A stretch of 64,000 bases of DNA from the NCBI GenBank assembly GCA_964016885.1, contig OZ024745.1, positions 83,452,001-83,516,000 on the forward strand, in the 5' to 3' direction. Position numbers and translations under genes: made by a program. A model generated the notes under the pieces. That model was not told the DNA's origin and did no database searches. It saw only the letters and a list, made by a program, of their open reading frames with translations. Shown here one piece after another: positions 13,336 through 26,548 of this stretch (position 1 is its first letter; the number at the start of each line of letters is the position of its first letter). This DNA comes from Eledone cirrhosa (taxonomy: Eukaryota).

Positions 13336-15711
13336 AATAAAAATAATAAATAAATAAAAAAAAGAATATATATATATATACATACATATATACATACACA
13401 CATACATACACATACACACACATATATACACACACACATACATTAATAACAATAATAACAATAATAATAATAGCAATAATAATAACGACAACAACAATAA
13501 TAATATACATATTCATATATATATACACACACACGCACGCACATAAACATATCTACACACACACACACACACACACACGATAACAACTAACAGTGCTGCG
13601 ATCGAATGTGGCTTTTTAGCCCAGCCAATGATCTAAAATGTCTTGCACAGAGTCGGCAACCAAAACATTCACTGGGAATAGTCGGCTGTGGTTGGAGTTC
13701 GTGTACTTTTGCATGTCGCTTGAGCCCTCCTGCTGATTTACATTCTCTACCACATGTTTGGCAAGCATGATCAGTAGCATCTCCAACGGCAGCCTGGTAG
13801 TCAACCACTGGTCTTACTTTATGACTGCGAAGATGACTTTCGAGTCCAGCTTTGCTTAGGCAGAGTCTCGCACAGACGCTGCATGTCAGCACCATAGGAG
13901 GACCCTCGCCGTCTGGAAGTGCAACAGCAATGCCCTTCCTCACATCCCGCTTTACTTTCTCGTGTGCGATTCGAGATGCCTCAAAGGCAACTTTTCCCTC
14001 ATATACAGTCTTTCTCCATTTATTACGATCAGCAGCAATATTTTCCCATGTATCAGCAGAGATGTTAGCGTCTTTCAGAGAGGCTTTCAAGGAATCCTTA
14101 TACCCCTTTTTTGGTTTATGTGGCGGTCGTTTTCCTTTAACCAACTCTCCATAGAAGAGTTGTTTTGGTATTCTAGAATCCTTCATCCTGGCAAGGTGAC
14201 CACTCCAACGGAGTCGTTGCTTAAGAACAAGAGCTTCTATACTGTTACACATAGAGCTTTCCAAAATCTCGACATCACTGATGTGGTCCCTCCAGTGAAC
14301 GCCATGGATCCGTCTGAGACACATCTGATGGAAACGCTCCAATTGCTTAAGGTGGTGTCGATATGTGACCCAGGTCTCGCAGGCATAAAGAAGACAAGAG
14401 AGTACATATGCCCTGTACACATTTACCTTTGTCCTCCTGCATATGTCTCGCCGACCCCAGAGTCGCCTTTCTAGCTTTCCGAAAGCAACACTTGCTTTCC
14501 TAATCCTAAGTGAGATTTCACTGTCAAGGTGGCCGTATCGATTGACAGTGCTTCCCAGGTAGACAAACTGATCAACCACTCCAAGTTGTTTGCCATACAC
14601 ATAGATGTTTGGTTCAGTGTACTGCTTACTAGGGGCAGGTTGGTACATGACGACGGTTTTCTTGAGACTGACAGTCAAACCCAGGGCAGTGCAAGCGTCA
14701 GAAAATGCATTCAAAATGTGCTGCATATCACTCTCTGTGTGCGCTACAAGATCGCAATCATCTGTATACAAGAGGTCTCTTATGATTGATGTAAATACTT
14801 TTGTCTTCGCAGCAAAGCGCCTGATGTTAAATATGCTGCCTGAGGTTCGATATCGGATGTAAACACCAGGCTCGCAATTCCTGAATGCAATACAGAAAAC
14901 CATTGCAAAGTATATGGCAAACAGGGTCGGTGCTGGAATATCCCCCTGTTTCACTCCATTTTTTACTGAGATAGGCTCCGACATGTTACCTCCGACATTA
15001 ACCCAAGCCTTCATGTCGTCATGGAAAGACCTAACTAAAGCAAGGAACTTATCAGGGCAACCAAGTTTCTGGAGAACCTTCCAAAATGCCTCTCTGTTGA
15101 CAGTATCGAAAGCCTTTGTCAGATCGACAAAAACCTGATACAGATCCAAGCCTTGTTCAATGCACTTCTCCTGGAGCTGTCTAGCTGAGAAGATCATATC
15201 AGTAGTGCCGCGTCCAGCACGAAAACCAGGTTGACTTTCAGGAAGAACACAATCTGCAATGTGTGTCAGCAGACGGTCCAGAAACACCCTACATAAAACT
15301 TTCCCTACGACAGAAAGCAATGATATACCTCTGTAGTTCCCACAACCATTCCTGTTACCCTTTCCCTTGTACAAGACCACCATTACTGCATCTCTCCAGT
15401 CCTCAGGTACGGATTCATTAGCCCATATCCTTCCAAACAAAGAGTGCAGATGTTGCAGGAGTCTCTCACCACCATATTGTAGGAGCTCAGCATGTATGCC
15501 ATGCATACCTGGAGATCTTCCACTGTTCAGCTTCGAAATAGCCACTGCAACCTCCACAAGCGTCGGAGGTTCTGCAAGAGCTACTTTCACAGGACTTTCT
15601 GGAATGAGATTGAGGAAATCTTCACTGACGATAGACGGCTGATTCAAAAGATCATCAAAGTGCTCTCGCCACCTTCGTAGAATTCCCTGTGAGTCACGAA
15701 GAAGTTCTTTT
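13201..15711 (-). mobile_element. RTE-clade LINE, 5'-truncated, embedded in a (TA)n tract
   Basis: Continuous RT frame. The short 3' terminal stem-loop CTCG-ATAA-CGAG lies at ~13214-13225. TA repeats on both sides. Confidence 0.9.
13587..15711 (-). CDS. RTE reverse transcriptase with three C-terminal C2H2 zinc fingers (no start codon; the predicted N-terminus 15712-16109 is non-coding microsatellite/SINE sequence)
   Basis: [56 protein letters not shown]. Confidence 0.85.
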
Positions 15712-15752
15712 ATATATACATACATACATATAAATACATAAGTGTATATATT

Positions 15753-15871
<119 letters not shown>

Positions 15872-16063
15872 ATATATATATACATATATATATACATATA
15901 TATATACATGTGTGTATGTGCGTGCGTGTGCTTGTGTGATTGGACAGCATATCTGTTTGAGAGATAGATGTGGAAAGTATTATATAAGGTAATAAATCAA
16001 TGAAAATTATGGAAGAAATAAATGAAAATGGATGACAATACAGGGATGGGTGAACGAAATAAA

Positions 16064-16250
16064 TAATTGTTTCTACTTTAGGCACAAGGCCAGGAATTGC
16101 CCAGTACATTATTGATACTTTATTTTATCGACCCCGTAAGCATGAAAGGCAAAGTTAACCACGGCGGGATTTCAACTCAGACTGTAAAGGGACGTCACTA
16201 TGTTAGAAAACATGGCGTCCAACCCTCTACCGATACTGCCAATTCACCGA
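16064..16250 (-). mobile_element. tRNA-derived SINE (same family as 26364-26548)
   Basis: Reverse complement of the family sequence (...GGGGTCGATAAAATAAAGTA...GTAGAAACAATT). Confidence 0.85.
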
Positions 16251-16587
16251 AAGAAATAATGAAAGGAAGGCATTTAAAAAAAAAAGAAACGAGGAATTAA
16301 TTATAGTGTTAAAATATGTGATTAAACAGAATATCTCGATTATCTCCCAGAAAATACAATTAAAATGATGAAGGTGAGGAAAACATCTGACATACACTTC
16401 GTAGATACATATTAGCATCCTATATTCGGGAAACAGTGTTTCCAATGAGATACGCAATAAAGAATTATCGATTGTTTAAATTAAAGTTTGCAGTATATCT
16501 TAAACCGTTAAACACACAAAGCAAATTGTTATTCAATTAGTCAATAAATGAACAGGTTAATATATACATATATATATATATACTATG

Positions 16588-16690
<103 letters not shown>

Positions 16691-16723
16691 GTATATATAT
16701 ATATATATATGTATATATATGTA

Positions 16724-16764
<41 letters not shown>

Positions 16765-16845
16765 ATATGTCTATATATATGATTATATGTGTGAGTGTGT
16801 GTGAATGTGTGTGTGTATGTATATATATATGTATATATATATATA

Positions 16846-16934
<89 letters not shown>

Positions 16935-17416
16935 TGAGCGCATATATCTCTATATGTGCATGTACATGTGTACGCATATGTTTGTATAGTGCACGTATAT
17001 GTTTGCAGGTGTCTGCATTTGTGTGTGCGTACATGTTAAATGCATTCGCAATAATCTAACATTGGATTATGCCAAGAAAGAGAGAATAAATTATATAACG
17101 CAATAAAATCTTATTAGTTAATAATTAAAAAAAAAACGTTTTAAATCTTTTCAAATTATAATTATTTATATATTTATTTTATTTTATTTATTTATTTATT
17201 TTATTTTATTTTATTTTTTTGTGTTTTTCTATTTCTATAATATTGCGAATTATGGCCGATCAGCCTTTGTTATTGAAATATGGCAACTCAGCGAAAACGT
17301 AGTTCGCCTGATTACAGACTTCACAGGGGACCATAAGAAATATATCGATTGACAATTTAAGGTTAATAATTTCAGTTAATTGTCGAGTCAAGCTATCGAA
17401 ACATTCATTATTTCAT

Positions 17417-17502
17417 GTGGATTAGCAGTATCGGTAGAGAGTCGGACACCATGCTTTGAAGCATAGAGTTACGTCCCTTTATGATCTGAGTTCAAATCCC
17501 GT
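17417..17502 (+). mobile_element. SINE 5' fragment
   Basis: GTGGATTAGCAGTATCGGTAGAG...GAGTTCAAATCCCG. Confidence 0.75.
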
Positions 17503-17781
17503 AAAACATTCTTTTGTTCTTTAAGATCTCTGTTGCACGTCACTTTCTAATAGGAAGGGCAGCATTTGTGTGATCTGTTTGTGTGATTTGTGTGATCTGT
17601 TTTCGGTTCGTGAATAAATTTGTAACAGGTGGTTTACTCACACACACATACATGCATATGTATAAGCATCTATATATATATATATACAGATAAGCATTTA
17701 TATATACACACATATCTACAGAGATATATTTATACATACGCACACACACACATTTGTATATGTATATCTATACGTATATGC

Positions 17782-17824
<43 letters not shown>

Positions 17825-17869
17825 CGTGTGTGTGTGCGTTTGTGTGTCTTTATGTTATATAGAATTCTA

Positions 17870-18003
17870 TAGGACATTCGTGATGATTTCATACGACTGA
17901 AATAGTTCTAATCTTGCAGAAGTCCTTTCAATATAAAATAAAGATGTTTCTACTCTATCTATGTATTGCATACCTTTTGTACATGTGGACACCTCTCGAC
18001 CTC
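17870..18003 (+). mobile_element. Degenerate 3' end of HHR family C
   Basis: GTGATGATTTC...GAAATAGTTCTAATCTTGCAGAA and the downstream sequence align by eye with 57974-58090; the core is mutated. Confidence 0.55.
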
Positions 18004-18189
18004 TACCAGAAAGCCACCAATATTTATAAATAGCTTCTTCCCATGCATCGAGTACTACCCTGATTTGTGGTCTCCCAAGTGTCGGCACCTCAGACTTTAT
18101 ATACATAAATACACACTCACACACACACCACACGCGCGCGCGCGTGCACACGCACAGAACACACATGTATATAAATATATATATATATA

Positions 18190-18265
<76 letters not shown>

Positions 18266-18818
18266 TATATATATAAATACACACATACCAACTGTACTTG
18301 GCTCCTATTTATATTCGTATGGTATTTGTTTGAAATTTGTTAGTCATGATTTAAATAATAATCTAATGATATAATAAGTAAACTAATGAACGGTATTCGA
18401 TTTCAGGGAGACGGTGGTGACTTTCTTCTTTCTTTAGTTGGTTTTCATTAAAATCACAGATGCTGGGTTGCGTGCAAACCAAGTCACCCAGAAAATTGTT
18501 TCATTATTTTCTGACTGTCTGCCAACTAACTATAGTTCAGAACTGATGTGCTTTGAGATAAATACTTTAACGGAATATCATGTTCTCTTTATTTGATACA
18601 TTACTGAACATAGTGAAGGTATGTGGCTTATTGGTGAGAATGTTGGATTCTCAACCTCAAGATTTCTTCTCTGATCAAGACACTTTAAGTCACTCAATTG
18701 GGTAAATTAATTATGACGTCACTTGTGTCAAGTTTCAGCAACTTTTGCTTTTACTTTGGCCAACAATATACACCTCGTATATATAGCGTATATGCAGTGT
18801 ATATATAGTGTATATATA

Positions 18819-18909
<91 letters not shown>

Positions 18910-18940
18910 GGGTGTGTATGATTGTGTTTAGAAGATTATA

Positions 18941-21217
18941 TTAATAAAAATCTTTTAAGATTTATAAGGGTATTAGAATGAAATAGTATGGTAGATTATT
19001 TAATGTTAAATTTTAATTCAACAAGTACATTCATGCTCTCACAATCTTCAGGTTCATATTCTGTGGTGACAGTCAAATTTGCAATTTTCAACTAAATGAT
19101 GGGTAAATGTTGTGCCTTATATACAGAAAAGCGGCTACAGAATGCTAATTTTGCAAACTGTATTTCGACCAATCGGTGTGTAGTTTCACTGGATTACTAA
19201 AGCTGATTGGTTAGGCGTCACGGTTGGTTGAGCATGTCTAACGACTACTATTTGACCCTATCCAAAGCATCAGTTGTTTTGCTATTTTTAGAAATGCTGA
19301 AAATAGCATTTTCTAGTAATCATCACCATCAACATCACTTTTATTATTATTATTGTTGTTGTTGTTGTTGTTAGTGGTGGCATCTACATGGTCATAGTCA
19401 TAGTCATAGTAGGAGTGCCCCATTATTATGGTTCATTTAGCTTGGGTTGGAATTTATCAATAACATTCTTTTCTTTGATTTTTCTCTTGATTTCACTTGG
19501 GCTGTGTAATTTGTAGAATGGAAATATTATAAATATTTTCTGACCACATGTTGCTAGATGGTTACTCAGGGGTATCCGACGGAAATTTGGTTCTCTGGTT
19601 TGCTGTCGGTGCACCCGAGAACGTTCCTATAGTGCATTTCCAGTTTGACCGACATATAGTTCTTCACGATTCGGGCATTTAATGCAGTAAATTAGATTTC
19701 TGCTTTTGCAGTTCATATTTGCATTTGGGAATATTTTTCCAGTTTTTGTGTTCATATATTGACCGACGTGTATGGATTGACATGTGCCACATCGACTATC
19801 ATTGCATTTAGATAGAGGGAATGAAAGGTCTTTGTTGTTAAGGTCAAAATTTGCTTTTGTTATTAATTGCTTCAAATTTTTCGGCTGTCTTTTACTAAGA
19901 GTCAAAGATCTGTCTGTGATTAAGCCTTTTAATTCATTACTTTGAGCAATGATCGGTAGGTTTGCTTTGGCAGTGTTGAAGATATTCTGGTGACATGGGT
20001 TGTGTGTCATTTTAAATAGTATGACCAGTTCTTGGTTTCTTCTTCCTTGGGTTGTCCTAAGTTGTTGTATAGGTATATAGCCGGCTGTATGCCATTTTCT
20101 ATAAGTAGAGATGTGTATTTTTGTTTGAGCAAACAATCTCTCAGTTCTGTTAGGCCTTGGTTCCTGGTATTCGTATCTTCTACAATGGTACAAATTCTTC
20201 TGGCTAGGCAGTATGGGATGTTGCGTTTTGTATGAGGTGAATGGCACGACTTAAATTTCACATATTGATGGGTGTCTGTGTGTTTATAATATATATCCGT
20301 GGTAATGTTGGTGTCGTTTTTGATTACCATTATATCTAGGAATGGTAATTTGGTACTACTCATCTCTTTTGTGAATTGGAGAGATGGGTGTAGGTTATTC
20401 AGGAGGATATTGAACTCATCCAGAGTATCTAGAGATTCTGTCCAGATGGTGAAACCGTCGTCAAGGTATCTCTTCCAAGACTTTTCAATGTACTTTCTAA
20501 AGTCAGTACTATATTTTTCCTCTATTTCTTGGTAGAGTTGTTGTTCTAAGTATGCAATTACAGAGTTCGCGTAAACGGGAGCAAACTTCGTTCCCATCAC
20601 TGTGCCTCTAATTTGAATGTAATTCTTTTCATTGAAGAAAAAAGTATTGTTTTGCAGAATAAATTTGACTGCGTCTAATATAAATGACGCTGTGAATTTG
20701 GTGGGAATCGCTTCTCTTTGTTTTTCCACCCAGTATTTAACCGCCTTTATTCCTAAATCACGTGTAATGTTGGTGTAAAGGCTTACCACATCAAAACTGA
20801 GTAGAAGTGAATTCGTTTCCGTGGTTTTGGGAGGATGGGACAGGAAGTCGATATCATCCCGGAGGAAACTGGGTATGTGAATACATAGTGGTTTCAAAAT
20901 AATGTCAACAAAATTGCTTAGACGGTGGGTAGGGCATGTTGGACCAGCTATAATAGGTCTAAGTTTGAAGTCTTTTGTGTGTAGTAATTTAATGTACTCA
21001 CTTTTTTGTTCTTTTACTGCCAGTTGGATTTCTTTTGACTTATGAACTTTCGGTAGGCCATACAGTTTGCTGGGTTTTGGCTCAAAATTGGTGATGTAGT
21101 CTCTTTCCTTATCAGTAAGTGAGTTGTGGTATTTTGAAGCTAGGTTGTTGATCTTCTTCATGATGTTGTGGTCTATATTTGACGGTATTTCATGATAGAA
21201 TGTTGTGTCTTTCAGTA
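18941..21217 (-). mobile_element. Neptune-type Penelope-like element, left arm of a head-to-head pair
   Basis: RT motifs LYGLPKVHK, LRPII, FDVVSLYTNI, MGTKFAP, WKRYLDD. Linker CNDSRCGTC and GIY-YIG NLIYCIKC...YVGQT. Confidence 0.92.
19018..19056 (-). ncRNA. Minimal type I hammerhead ribozyme, degenerate (PLE 3' end)
   Basis: TGAAC-CTGAAGA-TTGTGAGAGCAT-GAAT-GTAC-TT-GTTGA on the minus strand. Confidence 0.6.
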
Positions 21218-21806
21218 TAAGCAATTTTGTTGACATTATTTTGAAACCACTATGTATTCACATACCCAGTTACATCCGGGATGATATCGACTTCCTGTCC
21301 CACCTTCCCAAAATCACGGAAACGAATTCACTTCTACTTGGTTTTGATGTGGTAAGCCTTTACACCAACATTACACATGATTTAGGAATAAAGGCGGTTA
21401 AATACTGGGTGGAAAAACATAGAGAAGTGATTCCCACCAGATTCACAGCGCCATTTATATTAGACGCAGTCAAATTTATTCTGGAAAACAATACTTTCTT
21501 CTTCAATGGAAAGAATTACATTCAAATTAGAGGCACAGCGATAGGAACGAAGTTTGCTCCCGTTTACGCGAATTCTGTAATGGCATACTTAGAACAACAA
21601 CTCTACCAAGAAATAGAGGAAAAATATAGCACTGACTTTAGAAAGTACATTGAAAAATCTTGGAAGAGATACCTTGACGACTGTTTCATCATCTGGACAG
21701 AATCTCTAGATACTCTGGATGAGTTCAATATCCTCCTGAATAACCTACACCCATCTCTCCAATTCACAAAAGAGATGAGTAGTACCAAATTACTATTCCT
21801 AGATAT

Positions 21807-21986
21807 AATTGTTTCTACGTTAGGTACATGGCCAGCAATTACCCAGTGTATTACTGGTACTTTATTTTATCGACCCCGTAAGGATGAAAGTCAAAGTTAA
21901 CCTCGGCGGGATTTGAACTCAGAATGGCAAGGGCCGTAACTCTATGCGTCAAAGCATGGCGTCCGACCCTCTACCAATACTGCCAA
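21807..21986 (-). mobile_element. SINE with a 10-bp target site duplication
   Basis: TSD TCCTAGATAT at 21797-21806 and 21987-21996. Absent from the left arm. Confidence 0.92.
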
Positions 21987-23274
21987 TCCTAGATATGATG
22001 ATAATCAAAAACGACACCAACATTACCACGGATATATATTATAAACACACAGACACCCATCAATATGTGAATTTTAAGTCGCGCCATCCAACTCATACAA
22101 AACGCAACATCACATACTTCCTAGCCAGAACAATTTATACCATTGTAGAAGATACGAATACCAGGTACAAACGCCTAACAGAACTGAGAGAATTTTTGTT
22201 CAAACAAAATTACCCATCTCTACTTATAGAAAGTGGCATACAGCAGGCTATAAAAATACGTATACAACAACTTAGGACAACCCAAGGAAGAAGAAACCAA
22301 GAACTGGTCATACCATTTATAATGACACACAACCCATGTCACCAGAATATCTTCAACACTGCCAGAGCAAACCTACCGATCATTGCTCAAAATAATGAAT
22401 TAAAAGGCTTAATCACAGACAGATCTTTGACTCTTAGTAAAAGACAGCCGAAAAATTGGAAGCAATTACTAACAAAAGCAAAGTTTGACCTTAACAACAC
22501 GGACCAATCATTCACTGTATCTAAATGCAATGATAATCGATGTGGCACATATCTATCCATACAAACCGGTCAATATATGAACACAAAAACTGGAAAAATA
22601 TTCCTAAATGCAAATATGAACTGCAAAAGAAAGCAAAAATCTAATTTACTGCATTAAATACCCGAATTGTGAAGAACTATATGCCGGTCAAACTGGAAAT
22701 GCACTATCAGAACGTTGACGGGTGCACCGACAGCAAATCAGAGAACCCAATCTTCATCAGGTACCCCTGAGTAACCATCTAGCAACATGTGATCAGAGAA
22801 TATTTATAATATTTCCATTCTACAAATTACACAGCCCAAGTGAAATCAAGAGAAAAATCAAAGAAAAGAATTTTATTGATAAATTCAACCCAATCTAAAT
22901 GAACAATATTAATGGGGTATTACTCCTACTATGACTATGACCATGTAGACTCCCACCACTAACAACAACAACAACAATAATAATAATAAAAGTGATGTTG
23001 ATGGTGATGATTACTAGAAAATGCTATTTTCATCATTTCTAAAAATAGCAAAACAATTGATGCTTAGGATAGGGTCAAATAGAAGTCGTTAGACATGTTC
23101 AACCAACCGTGACGCCTAATCAATCAGCTTTAGTAATCCAGTGAGACTACCGATTGGTCGAAATACAGTTTGCAAAAACAGCATTCTGTAGCCGCTTTTC
23201 ACTGTATATAAGGCACAACATTTATCCATCTCATTACAGTTGAAAATTACAAACTTGACTGTCACCACAGTATA

Positions 23275-23313
23275 TGAACCTGAAGATTGCGAAAGCATGA
23301 AAGTAGTTGTTCA
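23275..23313 (+). ncRNA. Minimal type I hammerhead ribozyme (PLE 3' end)
   Basis: TGAAC-CTGAAGA-T[TGC GAAA GCA]T-GAAA-GTAG-TT-GTTCA. The consensus with the left arm gives the palindrome AGTACT. Confidence 0.72.
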
Positions 23314-23719
23314 ATTAACACTTAACATTTAATATTCTACCATACTATTTCATTCTAATACCATTTAAAATTTTAAAGGATTGTAAATAAAACGAGTAAA
23401 TCAGACAAAGTTGGAATTCCTTTTATTAATATATGTATATATATATATATATATATAAACGGAAAAATGAAACGAAATTCATTTCTCACTTTTAGTACGG
23501 CTTTCACTTAAATATAAGTATGTATACTTACATACATATATGTATACAGACGTACAGTAGTATGTATATATATATACATACATGCACACATATATATATG
23601 TACGTATGGATTCACCGAACATTTATTATAATGCTAGGTGTGTTTGTAAACAAACATCCCGTATTAAGCCGTAGTGTCTAGCAACCATCGTTGCTCATTT
23701 GTTTAACACTGACAAAGGA

Positions 23720-23762
23720 ACGCTGTACTAGTTTCAAGCTTATTAGCTATCGTCAGCAACGT
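23720..23762 (-). ncRNA. Type I hammerhead ribozyme, family A
   Basis: ACGTTG-CTGACGA-T[AGCT AATA AGCT]T-GAAA-CTAG-TA-CAGCGT. Confidence 0.85.
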
Positions 23763-23836
23763 ATACCTTCCTGCCAGATGGTTCAACGTCTGAAAGTATA
23801 TACTTTCCTTATGCATATTAACGGCTGAGCAGCCCA

Positions 23837-23844
23837 ATTTGCAT
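23837..23844 (-). promoter_or_regulatory. Octamer motif ATGCAAAT, 80 nt upstream of the HHR core
   Basis: Exact octamer, same position as in the 60383 copy. Function is inferred. Confidence 0.5.
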
Positions 23845-24398
23845 ATCGAGTGAGTTAATCGGCTGGGGTACCGAAAACGATAAACGGAAAAAATGAAACG
23901 AAATTCATTTCTCACTCTTAGTACGGCTGTCACTTAAATATAAGTATGTACACGTACATACATGTATGTATACAGACGTACAGTAGTATGTATATATACA
24001 TACATGCACACAGATATCTGTGTACATATGGATTCACTGACGATATCTAATAAGCTTGAAACTAGTACAGCGTTCCTTTGTCATGGTTAAACAAATGAGC
24101 AACGATGGTTGCTAGACACTGTACGGTTTAATTCGGGATGTTTGTTTACAAACGCACCAAGCATTATAATAAATGTTCGGTGAATCCATACGTACATATA
24201 TATATGTGTGCATGTATGTATATATATATACATACTACTGTACGTCTGTATACATATATGTATGTACGTATACATACTTATATTTAAGTGACAGCCGTAC
24301 TAAGAGTGAGAAATGAATTTCGTTTCATTTTTTCCGTTTATCGTTTTCGGTACTCTGGTGCGTTAAGGTCTATCTGGCTCCTTACCACACCTACTTCG

Positions 24399-24447
<49 letters not shown>

Positions 24448-24504
24448 TTACATATGAGTTAATACGTAACTAATGCCAAGTATTATGGGGCTTTTTCTTT
24501 CCTA

Positions 24505-24655
24505 GAACCGCTAGCGTAGAGAGGGAAAACTGGCATGTATGACCGACTACTGGCTTTCCAGTAAAATACCTTGCCTGGGCTAGTGCATCGGAAACAAATT
24601 TCTAGGTGCAAACTCCATGGTCATTCGTGACGAAAAGGTGTCTTTACCCTTTACA
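24505..24655 (+). repeat. Probable 3' fragment of a second SINE-like family
   Basis: GC-richer island ending in TTTACCCTTTAC, a short-repeat tail. No second copy was seen in the window. Confidence 0.4.
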
Positions 24656-26082
24656 ATTTTCCTGAACACGAGTTGTCTCATTGTTGTTGTCACATTTGTG
24701 CACTAAATACATTAATGTTATTAAATGACGAATATTCTAAATGAAGAATCCACTCTCTTTTATCTATCATAATTTAACCTGTTTTTATTTTCCATTAGAG
24801 TTAGCAGTGTGAGACTCCGCATTTCAACATTCGTTTTCAGAAATGATAATGAGGTCCTGTACCTTGTATATATCACAATGGTGGGCCTGGAAATGTCAAA
24901 TACAAAATAATATTTATTTTAAGGGAGGGTTGTTAAATAATAGTTCAATTACAACAACATAATCTGTTAAAATTATTTACATGATCTTAGCATGTTTGCA
25001 TGTAGTATAACTGGTTGAAACTCGGCAGATTTCATTTTCAGAGTTTAGAAAAGTCTAAGGCTGTGATTTTTTTAAATTTCTATCAACTGTGTTCATTCTC
25101 AGTTTAGTGTATGGTATATGTATTATATATTATACTACAGAACTTGGTAACCTCACCGTTACTATCACAATGGATTCAGTCATCGGCCTATGGACATGAT
25201 GTGACAACAACTTCAAAGGTGTCATCACGTATATATTTTCAGGATTCAGTATTCTGGATACATCCACAAGGGCGTAAAGGAAACTTATCGTGGACGATAA
25301 ATATTCAAAAGGGATTTAATATTGGCAGTTTAATAGGATTAATGTACACCAGGAGTGCAGCATGACAGAAGTAATACTGCGATAACTAAGCAAAACATAG
25401 TTGTAAATACAACACAGTGAACCAATAAAGGAGAATCTACACGGTTCATCGGCTTTCCAAATAGCAGCCTAATCATTTATAGATAATAAACAATGACCAT
25501 ATAAATGGATACATTGACCAGATAAAGTAATCCTGATCTAAATGTACAAAAAATGATCATGAGTTTAATGTTTTTTGAGTGATGTACATTCTTCACAGAG
25601 GACAACAATTTTAGAAATGTTGTGAACGCTATCAGTAAGTGACACATTCACCCGATCTCTCTAAACAAAACATAAAACACCAAAAAAAGAAGTGGTTCCA
25701 CTAAACAACGTCATTTACAAACACTACGAATACATGCACGACATTTAAGAAATATCAATTACAACAACAGCATTAAAATATTTGCCAATATCATAGATTC
25801 TCACGAAATGCATGAAAAATCATTCAGCACTGAAAGAAATCTTGTAAATATGAAACAAAAACATTAATATTACTACGATACATTAATGACGTAAAATACA
25901 TTTATGTGATGAAAAAGAATTTACACTCACACATGACATCCGCATAGCAATATTCCAGCAACTACAACATAGGCCACCTATTATTATTCGTCAGAGTCAC
26001 TCATTTTGAGAGAACCTATAACATAAGTGAAGACATGAAATTATAGATAAAATGTATTCAGTATTTAAATAATTCCCAAAAT

Positions 26083-26117
<35 letters not shown>

Positions 26118-26363
26118 ATTCTTCTTCTTTGCCGCCTTATTATTGGGAGTGTCATGGGACCAAATTACTGTCTGAAGTAGCTGTCTACAACTGATCCGAC
26201 TGGATCCCCAAGCGAGATCAGCTGAGCTGATGCCATATTGCTCAGATCTACCCTCGGGTCACCTGCCGGCTGTTTTTTTTTCTCGTAAAATCACACAGCA
26301 TCACGGTTTCCAAAATTCAACAACAGAACATTCACCAGTATATAATCATTATTAGCTATATCT

Positions 26364-26548
26364 GGCGGTGGATTGGCAGTATCGGTAGAGGGTTGGACGC
26401 CATGCTTTGCAGCACAGTTACGTCCCTTTACGGACTGAGTTCAAATCCCGCCGAGGTTAACTTTGCCTTTCATCCTGACGGGGTCGATAAAATAAAGTAC
26501 CAATAATACACTGGGATAATTGCTGGCCTTGTGCCAAAAGTAGAAACA
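26364..26548 (+). mobile_element. Full-length tRNA-derived SINE (~185 bp) with a 16-bp TSD
   Basis: TSD ATTATTA(G/A)CTATATCT at 26348-26363 and 26549-26564. A-box-like TGGCAGTATCGG and B-box GAGTTCAAATCC. Confidence 0.93.

Larger units (their letters stand above)
21218..23430 (+). mobile_element. Neptune-type Penelope-like element, right arm
   Basis: Reverse complement of 18941-20920, interrupted by a SINE. Confidence 0.92.
23457..24352. mobile_element. Retrozyme-like non-coding element, family A (~425-nt monomer; tandem plus inverted arms)
   Basis: Direct repeat at 23457 and 23882, inverted arm from ~24037, HHR core on both arms, no credible ORF. Confidence 0.8.

Noticed and set aside
26390-26452. 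tRNA genes at GAGTTCAAATCCC motifs
   Set aside because: They are SINE heads with a shared non-tRNA body and TSDs.
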